DNA from: Lingula anatina
Taxonomy: Eukaryota > Animalia > Brachiopoda
Assembly: GCA_051362555.1 (NCBI GenBank)
Contig: CM120646.1
Location: 19,406,001 to 19,470,000 of the forward strand
Length of the DNA stretch: 64,000 nt
Direction: 5' to 3'
Both the position numbers and the translations under genes were made by a program. Positions 1 to 11,100 of the stretch are shown here, in pieces. Below the pieces are notes generated by a model. That model had not been told where the DNA came from, ran no database searches, and was given only the letters and a program-made list of their open reading frames with translations. Position 1 is the first letter of the stretch; each line of letters opens with the position of its first letter.

Positions 1-68
1 TTACGTGTAGAAGGCATAAAGTGTATGTGTAGGATGTGTAACGATATGTTTTTTCGTCTCTATTCAAG

Positions 69-488
69 GAGCCAAAGCAGTTTTCATCGGTCGTCCTGCT
101 ATCTATGGTCTAGCCACTAACGGCTCCCAGGGTGTTCAAGACGTACTTGACATATTAACCAACGAACTAGAAAGCACCATGGCGCTCACAGGTAAAACTA
201 CTGCAGTACTTTGTTCTTTTTTTGTAACTGGATGCGTAAATCGTGTGCGTGTCATTACCTAAGTGAATCCTTCTTTTTCCTACTTACCGTTGATTCGAGA
301 AAAAGGAACATAATTTGTTTCTTTCCAGTAACATTGTCTCTTGAATGTCATTCTAAATTTCAGGCGTGACCCGAGTATGTGATATCAGCCCTTCCTATGT
401 GGTGAAACAAAGTTACTACGAGACTCTGAGCAAATCATCAATTCGCCAGTTTTCATCAAATCTCCTTTCAGCTAATTTCTTGGGATAA
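69..488 (+). CDS. HAO: Alpha-hydroxy acid oxidase (HAO family), tandem copy 1, last two exons only (69-191, 364-488); 5' part is outside the window
   Basis: Exon 69-191 reads (G)[41 protein letters not shown], the FMN-binding C-terminal GRP motif. Exon 364-488 reads [40 protein letters not shown]. Boundaries are AG/GT, and exons and introns are near-identical to 4385-4855. Confidence 0.9.
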
Positions 489-1831
489 ATATCCTCACTT
501 AACACTCAAAGAACGTATCTTGGTAAACAATTACATCATAGATTCCCCTTCGTTTCAAATAAAATGGTGGAGACAACTTATTCGCCATCCAAAAACGGAA
601 AATAAAACACACTATGAGGCATACTACTCTTGCAGTGCTTAAAATACCTAAAGATCGAAGTAATGGAAAACGAATTGTTAACGATTAATAACGAAATAGG
701 CAATTCGTTATTAACACTACGGTTGTTACAGAATTAGCACACGCAAAGACTCGTGTATGTGTAGAATCAGTCTATCGGTCGAATTTTAATTGTTGGTGGC
801 TATTTGAAAATCCTGGAGTTGAAAGGGGACATCGAGAGTGATATGGCTTTCTTACACCTGCAATGGGGACGATATTGTGGACGACACGATGCCCTTGTTG
901 TCCAGCAGGCAGTTGCATGTTATAAATGATTGAAGACTAATGAATAAATGTATATGGTTAGTCTAATGTTTGACTTGTAGTGTATTCCAAAAATAACTTA
1001 AGTAAACACTTGCAGCGTAAAGCAGCAGACTGAATCACTATCTTTACATCTTTACAGGCCTAATCTATTCGTAGGTCGCTGACCGCTCACTGCTCAGGCT
1101 GTGTTATCGTCGAAAGCCCTTACATTCTACAACTGGCGTGAACGTGACAATTTATTCTATCTAAACATCAGCATTTTCCTGCTTTATAAATTTAATTGAA
1201 AACGTAACGATAGATTTTAATTTACGCAAATACATTTGATTGCAGTATTTGCTGAATGGTTCCCCCCCCCCCCACACACACACACACACATACACACCCA
1301 AAATTTATATCCTAACGAGTCTGAAATACCCCCTATCCTGTTCTAAATAACCCTATCACATAAACTATTACCATGAAATAAAAAGACTGAATAATTATAT
1401 TAAAGTTTTTCAAACTCCACGCAAGCTTCAGCGCTTTGAACAATAATAATACATGTCATCCAAAGTTACCTGTAATTGGGAGAAATGCTTAGTGTAGGTA
1501 GAATGAAAATAGTTTATCATTTAAATTTACGATGTTTTCTCAAATTCAATGTCGTTTAAAAGTCGATTGCAACGAAATCATGTTTAAATTGACCAAAATA
1601 ATGATTTCAAGAATGAGTGTTAAAACTTGTTATAAAATTGTGAATGTCCATTTTAACGTCTGATCGCATGTGCAGTGACAGTTCATGCATTCTACAGAAT
1701 AGGGATTGCGATGGCTATAAGGACAAGGAGTCCATTAGACTATTTAGAGTAATTTAGAGTAAATGGCTTTTGGCGGTAAACAAAGGCATCTTTTCTGTCA
1801 CAAGGTCGAGTAATGGCTCCTACAAGGGTAC

Positions 1832-1838
1832 TATATAA
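1832..1838 (+). promoter_or_regulatory. Candidate TATA box of HAO copy 2
   Basis: TATATAA about 80 nt upstream of the ATG at 1913. Confidence 0.4.
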
Positions 1839-1912
1839 GATAAGATCAAGAGTTTTTTTTTTACTTTTGGACGTCTTCATATTTCTACAGACGGTCACCA
1901 CGAGTCTCGTGA

Positions 1913-4855
1913 ATGTATTCCGCCATGGGTACCTTCGTGGTATTAATTGCACTGATGACGTCGACTGTTACTGTCTGCAGTGTAAGTACATGTTATTTAC
2001 AAGGATATGGATAGAAAGGCTATGTAATTTCAAATAGAAATAGAAAATATGGTGCGTCAGAGAGAAATATAGCCAGTGGTATCTTTCCCCTTAGGTAAGC
2101 CGCCGCTTCGTTAACGTGCAAGACTTCAAAGAATGCGCAAAAGATAACCTTCATCCACACGCGTACAAGTACATTGAAAGCGTTTTCACCCGTGGCCAGA
2201 CTCACGACGAGAATATTGATGCTTTCAAGACATTTCGTCTACGGCCAAGGCATTTGCGAGATGTGAGTCATATTGATACAAGTACAACTGTTCAAGGACA
2301 AGCAGTAGATATCCCAATAGGTGGGTTTTATATTGGCTGTAAGTTTGCGTCACTACACAGTGTTCTTGAATTTATGCTGAATTTTGATGAGCAAGTTTGG
2401 CTCTGCGCCTGTACTGCACAATTGGTTAACTTTTGGCTTGCAGAACTTTTGGCTTGCACAACTTCTGGCTTACATGTCTTTTGGCTTGCCTCTTTGAAAC
2501 ACTACAAATTGAATTGTGTTCACTATTTGTTTGAAAATTACATTAACTGTAGATTAAGTATTACGTTAATATCATTACTCAACATTATTCAATGTTTATC
2601 ACTAAAACAATTTCAATTCTTTTATCGGAGAGACCTTCGATAAATGCGGTCACCATCGGCCAAATTTCGAACAATATACTTGAGTTTGTCCTTTTTTTGC
2701 CAAAGTATGCCGTAGTATCTAAGTCGGTTTAGATCAAGGAGACAGAAAGAGAAAGTATACAGTCTTTGGTGTCAAAGCTTACTTCACTGTGTTCATTGTA
2801 CGCCGAATTGAACATATACCTCATGAAGATACATATAGCATTGGGATATGAACTAGTAAGATGTCGTTTTCTTTCCAGGCATTTCTCCGTCTGCTTTTCA
2901 TAAATGGTTCCACCCAGAAGGAGTGATAGGCACTGCGTCGGGTGCCGCTGCTAAAAACGCCCTCATGATCCTCTCGGAGGTAACGGGCACACCGTTGGAG
3001 GAGGTAGACAGGGCGGTTCCACACGGACATCGTTGGATGCAGGCGTACATGGTTAAGCCAAGGAGCGACATGCTGAGGCACATTAGGAGGGTAGAAGCAG
3101 CTGGTAAGAATTGGGTTTGGACAAAAAAGAAAAAACTTTATCACAAGAGAGTCTTTTGCTTTTGGTAATCTGAGTTTTTTTCTGTCTAAAGTGGTGAGTT
3201 TATATGAGAGAAGTTTACACAAAGCTGGGTAGCTGATATTGTTCTTTGGGTACAGGTACAGGCCCGTAGCCAGCAATTTCTAAAGAGGGGTTCTTAATCA
3301 GAAAAAGTGTATCTTTTACCATGAAACCTTCGTGTACCTAGATAAAATATTACCCAGAAGGAGCCTTTCTACCTCGCCCCCGGCAATGGGCCTGAGGTAC
3401 TTGTCGCTGTTCAGGTCAATCTGTTTGACGTCTTGGCATTCTTCATTGCAGGTTACAAGGCCATAGTGCTAACCATAGATGAGGTTGCCTTAAGACGAAT
3501 AACTTACTCTAATTTTGAATATCCCGCTTCTTTCGACTATGTAAACGTTCCACGACCAGTGATTGGTGGAAGCGTGGGCGACGTGGAGAATCAAATTGAC
3601 ACAGTCACTTGGGACGATGTGGATTGGTTGAAAAACGTGACACGTCTTCCAATCATTCTCAAGGGAATTTTAACCCCAGAGGACGCCGAACTTGCGGTGC
3701 GCCATGGTGTGGATGGCGTGTATGTATCCAACCACGGTGGCCGGTAAGTAATACGCAGACTGTGTTAATTACATTTCTCTAATTAATAATTTAAAACGTG
3801 TTAAAGGTAAATTGCAAGGGCCCCACCCAAACGGTTCATCTAAATTTATCACCTTACGAAAAAGTCCTATAGGATACTCAAGGAAATTGGACCAATTTTC
3901 TACAGAATCCAATAGGATCTTTTGGGATCCTATAGGACTTTTTCGTTAGGGCAAAATTAACATTATTATTGCAGTACACTTGATGGTACTACAGCCACTA
4001 TTAACGCGCTCTGGGATGTGGTGCGTGCCGTTAGGGGGCGATGTGAGATTTACCTAGACGGAGGAATTCGGAACGGGAGGGACGTTTACACGGCGTTAGC
4101 TCTAGGTAGGTGCTAGAACAAACGGTTTAAAACTGAGGCTAATACAGCCTTCGAAAAATGTGATTGCAATGTGTGCAAAATGTCTTGAGAAATATAAGGC
4201 GCAGGACAGATGTAGGCCTACCTCGCGACTACAGTAGGAGCTGCACATTACATGGGCATTTTGGGATCGAATAATTTTACGAGCCATGCCAAGAACAGAG
4301 TTCGACAAATCCATAAGTTTGTGTTATGTTATGTGTAGTAGGCCTATGTGTATAGGCGATATCTATTTTTTTCTTCTGTCTAAGGGGCTCAAGCCGTCTT
4401 CATCGGTCGTCCTGCTATCTATGGTCTCGCCACTAACGGCTCCCAAGGTGTTCAAGACGTACTTGACATACTGACTAACGAACTAGAAAGTACCATGGCA
4501 CTCACAGGTAAAACTACTGCAGTACTTTGTGTTCTTTTTTCATCGCTTAATGTAACTGTATGCGTAAATCGTGTGCTTGTCATTACCTAAGTGAATCCTT
4601 ATTTTTGCTTACCGTCAAATATATGATTCATTAGAGAAAAAGGCACATGACTGGTTTCTTTCCAGTAACATTGTCTCTTTTAAGAATTTAAAAATTTTAA
4701 AATTTAACATTGTCTCTTTTAAGAATTTAAAAATGTCATTCTAAATTTCAGGCGTGACCCGAGTGTGTGATATCAGCCCTTCCTATGTGGTGAAACAAAG
4801 TTACTACGAGAACCAGTTTCCATCAAATCGTTTTTCATCTAAATTCTTCGGATAG
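1913..4855 (+). CDS. HAO: Alpha-hydroxy acid oxidase (HAO/glycolate oxidase family), tandem copy 2, with signal-peptide exon; exons 1913-1981, 2095-2320, 2879-3103, 3452-3743, 3975-4105, 4385-4507, 4752-4855
   Basis: Seven GT-AG exons splice in one open frame. Motifs: [55 protein letters not shown](T)[16 protein letters not shown]. Exon 1 is [23 protein letters not shown] (hydrophobic). The protein ends ...NRFSSKFFG*. Confidence 0.92.
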
Positions 4856-5591
4856 ATATTCCTACGGTAACTCTCAAAGAAACTGCTAAAAAAGCCTTCC
4901 AACCGAAAGGACCCAGTTTGCCAAACAGTGGATGCTTTTAATATACATTATTACGTAAAACACTTTCCCTTGACCAACCGTCGGACTGAATATACGTCCA
5001 GAGATCAAATGATATTCAATTTCAATACAATCTTTAGATTAATCTTTCGTTTTTACACAATGTATTTTCAGATAAGTTAATATATTTGTCATTTTCTGGG
5101 ATAATTGAAAGAATTCCTACATTGCCACTGAGATGAATGCCAGTGATAAACGATATGTATCTTACTTGTACAACTTTAAAAACAACAAACAATAAGTAAT
5201 CTTATGAAAAGACCTAGTACTTTTCTAATGTAATAATCATCGTAAACTTATAAGAATTATAGCAATGCATGTGGCACTTCTAAAGTATAATTCATCGTTT
5301 TAAAGACGCTATGTAATCCACAAAGTGCGAAATTTTGAACCGTGTATGTGACGTGTGCATATATGTAGCACGGTCGACATTCAAATAGATGAGCATGTAT
5401 TTAAATAATACTTTTTGGTCTATTTCTACTGAATTCGGTGTGTAAATACAACACTACTAAGTCAGAGTAAATGTAATTGTCCAGGGATATGTGTTCACGA
5501 GTCAGATGACTTGTCCTACAGGTATATATTTGAACTCCCGCCCTGTAACGATACATTCATTCAGTACAGCGTCACGGTCTCCCCGGCCCAT

Positions 5592-5735
5592 ATCGTTTTA
5601 CGTTTTCAAGTTTTTACCAGTTTTCATAAGTTTTCATCAGTTTTCACCGGTTTTCATAAGTATTCACCAGTTTTCACTGCTATCAGGTAATCACAGTTTT
5701 CATCATGTTTTCAAATTTATATCAGTTTAAAAGTT
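5592..5735. repeat. Degenerate minisatellite, ~10-nt CAGTTTTCAT-like unit
   Basis: Repeated (c/a)agttttca(t/c) units are visible directly. Confidence 0.7.
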
Positions 5736-5778
5736 TAAAGTTTATGGATTTTGCTGAAATACACAATCAATAAACTCC

Positions 5779-5836
5779 AATATAATATAATATAATATAA
5801 TATAATATAATATAATATAATATAATATAATAATAT
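5779..5836. repeat. (AATAT)n microsatellite
   Basis: About 11 perfect pentamer copies. Confidence 0.95.
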
Positions 5837-6419
5837 GGTAAGTGCATATTTATGATAACTCGAAAAATATTTGATTTCAAAATATTGCTTTGAGGTGTGG
5901 TATTTCAAACATGTGCTGCATAATATGTGCAATCTTTTCAATATGTAATATATAAAAATGCTGCTTAAACATTTTAAAGGGAAGACGAATTAGATCAAGA
6001 GAAGTGATTTTCAAATTTGCACACGCATCTACAAATGTGTCAAATATGAAAGTGATCAGACACTAAAAAGTGACAATATATTGTACTTAATAACAAATTT
6101 TATTTTCAACCATGAACTGCAAAAACGAAAAAAAAGACGTTCTGCAAACAGCTTCAACAGTTTCTTACTGGCATGAAAGTGGCATCTGAAAAAATAAGCA
6201 TGAAAATTAATAGAAATTTTGCGGGGAATGCCATCAAATTCAGTCCTGACTGTAAAAAATCAGAAACGGTCTTTGAAATGCATTTGCCAAATTAATCTGA
6301 AATAATAGCAAAGTTGACCCTTAACATCAGAAGGACTACCAGAAGTGTCAAAAACGCAACAGAAATCCGTTTTCAGTGCAGCGTATCGTGACAGATATTA
6401 CTCCCTGTTATTGGACTAA

Positions 6420-6665
6420 GACCCCATTCCTATAGTCACCTTCGGTTTACGTGGGTCGACCCAACTCTGCGGGGATTCTCGCTAAATGCAATCAGTTTAA
6501 CTGAATGACTCGCCTCCTCTTGCTTCCAATGTACTCGTATAATCACCAGCTTTTCTGTAATCTACTTAACGCCAAGAGGAGGCTGTTATGCTGATTGCAC
6601 TCAGCGAGAATCTCAGCAGAGTTGGGTCGCCCCACTAGACCGAAGGCGTCTATGAGAATGGGGCC
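6420..6665. mobile_element. MITE, PIF/Harbinger-like, with long imperfect inverted arms
   Basis: Ends GACCCCATTC...GAATGGGGCC are flanked by TAA/TTA. About 80-nt arms pair (cgacccaactctgc...gcagagttgggtcg; gcaatcag...ctgattgc). Related copies or fragments lie near 7715-7780, 16350-16435, 37790-38046, 57812-57870, 59350-59440 and 59941-60157. Confidence 0.7.
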
Positions 6666-8004
6666 TTATATTCGTAAGTTTACAATTGAAGTACACGTTT
6701 GCCTCATTTTCCTCACCTTAATGGTATTATTACAGCACACACATTGAACCAAGGGGAGTGTCTATGCATCTTTGTGGTTGTGGACAAAAGCGGAGCTAAA
6801 ACGATAAAAAATATGTGAATACATGCTGACAAAACCACACATTGCCTATATTCATTGGTAATTTTACACTAAAAGAGCAAAACGATTCCTGTTCGTTATG
6901 CACATGCTATGGCTATTCCACACAAATTGAGGACCAATAAACGAAAACCCACCCATCAAGAGTTTCATTCAGTATTGTTTTCTGAAAGGCCGCGCTCACA
7001 ACCAGTTGATCCGGGGACTAACTGGACACTTCAAAATGGATCCCCGCTTCCCACGGGTACCCTTCCAGCAGGGGCAGAGCAATTAAATCTGCACGCTTTC
7101 AAATGGGTGGGGACATATCTGATCCGCTGATAAACTGGTTTGGAATGCGCCCTTAGACTCAAACATTCCTTTCAAACCAGTGATGGATGTGAGTGACAGA
7201 ATCGTTGTCATGGCAGCTAAAATACAGTATGCTGTTTTTTTATTAAATCTTATGGTGAAAAAAAAACACATACAGTAGCTGTAAAACAAACAATGCTCTC
7301 TAATATAATTTTCTTTGTACTATTGCACATATTTTAAAAGGGGGTAGCTAATTGATGTTAAGCTATCTTTGATGAGACGTATTTTTCCATTCCGATTTTT
7401 ATTGCAGGAGTGAAAAGTGGAAAGCTTTCATAGCACGCGTGGCGTCCATCTGTAGCCTGAAGAAGCTGATCTGTGGGTTTTGAAATCATCTGAATTCAGA
7501 TTTGTCCCTGGCTGCCATGAAGTGTACCAAATATCTGATAATCCAGAACGTTATTTTAACGTTACTATAACGTATATGTAGCCAAGAAACGTTATGGTAA
7601 CGTTATGGTAACGTGAAATGTGATGTGTTTGCTGGAAATATCCCTTAGTATTCCATCAACTCTATCATGAAATAAAAAGTGTTTTATCTTGTATATACTT
7701 ATGGCTCGCTCTCAATGAAACTGATCTCCCGCAGAGTTGCATCGACCTAAACCGAGCGATAGTTTCATTGGGAACGCGCACAAAACAAAACAAAACGTCA
7801 GAAATCCAACGTTTTCCTTGAGTGAGGTACTTCACAGTGCAAAACACAATGGTAGATTGAGGGTTTTCCAAAGAAGGGTAACAGTTGAACAAGCAAAAAT
7901 CATGGGTAAAAAATTATTTGACTTTGTTTTCTTTTGCTCGCAATTGTGTTTTTATTTATTATTGTTTTCCTTTTTTTTTGGGGGGGGGAGAGGATAACAA
8001 AGGG

Positions 8005-8041
8005 GGAAGGAAGGAAGGAAGGAAGGAAGGAAGGAAGGAAG
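8005..8041. repeat. (GAAG)n microsatellite
   Basis: Direct tetramer run. Confidence 0.9.
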
Positions 8042-8134
8042 TGGAGGCCGCGTGTCTGAAGTGCCTCCCTAGAACCGTCATTATTAAAGGAAACATTCCA
8101 GGAATCTATTAATACGTATGATGCCCATACCTAC

Positions 8135-11100
8135 CTGACATGTCGGCACACATCTGGCTCCGGTTGGGTCCTCTACGCACACGTTGCCGACTGCACAAAG
8201 CGTGGCCTGTAAGATTTAAAGGAATTATAAAATTGGGGTTGTCTTTGTCATGAGAGACATTTATTGATAATTTTTTAAAATTTCATTCTATTTATCTTTT
8301 TGTACACGAAGTTAATGCACGGAGTATCACCATGGCGGTAATAAAATACGGCAGCGGATGGTAGTCAGACAAAACTGAATAAAAAAGCAACCTAAACGTA
8401 CCATGTTTTAATAAACCGTTGTGGTCGAATAAAAAAGTGAAGCTGACAAAGGAAAAGTTTCGAAATCGTGATCTGCATCCGTTGAAAGGGAATGTTTCAC
8501 ACTAATCAATCACTCCCTATGCCTACACATTTGATGTAGGCCTACGTGTGTCATCAACACACAAATACAAATTATATTATAGTTTATACACCACCAGGTG
8601 GCATTAAATTCAATTTCCAAGACAAACCTACTTACTGCACAAGTTGCGGGAGGGGGCATAACACAGTCAAATTGAAGTCTACACGGCATGTCACAAGTGT
8701 CCTCAGATGTACACAAGCCGTTGCAATTCTACAGTAAAAATGTCATAAATTTAATGACCAGCTAGGTATAAATTACAAAATAAATAAGTTTTTAATACAT
8801 ATAGGCAAGGAGTTATAACAGAAGGAGATTACACGCGTGGGGGCGGAGCCCGTATTACGGTCTCTCATTGGTCGGAATGAATAGAACCCAGAGAACAATA
8901 GATGCCTATCTCTGTTACGCTTAATTGCTACTCTCGTTTAAATCTCGTTTGTTAGTATCTGTGCCTTCGTCTGTTGATTTTTGAGGACAGACACAGAAAC
9001 GGAGTCCCAAGTTTCTAAAAAATGAGAGAAATACAGAATTTATATGATATTACGTTGGACAAGGTTTTTAAAAAAACAGGTAAGTGCTTTTAAATGCATA
9101 ACTACACGAAATATGAAGATAAATTGCAACTTTTATGTCGTAGGGTCTCACTGTGTAAGTGTCCAGCTACACGTTGATCTCGCGAGGTGGTGTGTGGAGA
9201 ATAAATATTGCACGAAAAATATTTCCCACTCATAACAAGTGCCTATAAATATAGTATCAGATGGAGAAAGTTTGGTCTTTATACAGTTGCAATTGTTAAG
9301 TAATTTGTGGCAATAGCAAAGAATAAAACTTAGGTGCACTTTCAGTAGCCGAATAACAAGCAGATGCTTAAGCCGCCATCTTGTTAATATTTCGAAAAAA
9401 AATTACTCCAAAAGACATTTTCCTCCTACTTTTTGAAACTTGTGTCACATGACAGTCATAAAATTTAACTAATTGTTATGTGTGCAACACACTTGCTTGA
9501 GCAGTATTGTTTTTTTTTGCGATTTTACATGTGGTCTAGCTTGGATACGACAATTGACAATTTTCATGAGTTCCGATCAAAAAGTGTTACGCTTGTTACG
9601 GCCAAAAGCCTTACCGCTTTTTGTACTTTTCAAATGCAAGATTATAAAAAAATTTGGTGTGTTTAGATTCTTGAACATCTTGGTCGTGGCGTGGTATATA
9701 TTGCATGGGTATTGCTCCAATATTTCTTGAAAAAAATAACCTGATTTGTTCAGAATACCAATTTTTTACTCTAGTGTTATGGGTAAATGTACCATTTTGG
9801 CCTTTACCTTTTTCGTGTTTAAAACTAAAAAGACTTATCATGACAGTTGGTCATCATTTTTCTTCTCACCATGATGGGTGGCTTTGGAGGGGTAACTTTG
9901 TTGTTAAAGTAAGGTGCTCAGTTATTTTGACTGGAAAAGTTTTGCCTCCACCCAACATTTTCCATCATGGCGGTCCATTATCTTTGGTATAGTTATTTTA
10001 AACTTATTTAGTCTTCCTTTTACATATATATGTTTTAATTCATATTAAACCTTTGAAAAAAGAACACACATGAATCCTGGTGCTGTCTTAATTTAAAGTC
10101 TTAAGGTTTTAAGTTCACCTAGGCTCCACCAATTACTCTACCTGTTATCTCACTACACATCTCCCTTTGGGTCAAGGTGTGTAAGACACACCTTATTGTG
10201 TAAGACACCTCTATAATTAAGGGTACTTGCTTCTCTACTTTAATTATACTTCACTACTTTGGCATGTTAGGTGGCAAGCTTGGATGTTTCAGTTCATTTT
10301 AAGAAAGAAGCTTTGCCTTGGTGGTTACAAAAGAATAGAACTCTATTAAGGTTTATTCATTACTTGAAAGTAAATATTTCATCTTGCAGTGTTGAAACAG
10401 AAATTCTCTCAAAATTGATAATGAATTTTACATGCTTATCTTAACACTGCTCAAGTTTTTTTCCCTTCTATTATAGATATGGGAGAAGGCTGCATTGAAT
10501 GTATGAATTATGGTCAGGCTGGAAAAAATTAAAAAATGTCAATGAAAAAAGGAGGTCAGCGTGTCTTGGGTAAGTTACTTTTCTCATAATGCCTACGATG
10601 CATTAAACATTCACTAACAACAGTACCCTTTTTTTTAAATTTTTTTCAAAATACAACAACCTTGGGCATTTTCCTTTTAGCAACCGGCCTCTCTGAAATC
10701 CCCTTTTTGTCCTGTCAGAAGAGTAGGAACCAGGGCGGATTTAAATAATTTCTTGTAAAAAGTACAATTTCTTTCAATTTCTTGGAGTTATTAGCTTGTG
10801 ATCATGAATCTTGATATTCTATATAAATTTAGTTGTAAATTGTTCATTTATGTGGTGAACATTATTTCAGTCAAGTCATAACAAGATACATTAAACTTCA
10901 CTGCATAATTCCATAATGTCTACATGGATACTAGTAGTTCATAATGCTATTATGATGTTTGTTTTTTTCTAACCTACAGGTTTCTCTCTTTTCTGAGTGG
11001 CATGGCACTGGCAGGCAGAAGAAAAGGTCCTGAAGAAATTCTCACTTGAGTTGTCCTTTTTGGAGAAGAAACTGGATAAGACTGGCCAACAGAGATTGCA

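Noticed and set aside
2321-2643. C-terminal part of ORF 2116-2643
   Set aside because: HAO similarity stops at the GT donor after 2320. The rest is intron read-through containing a small ttttggcttgca repeat.
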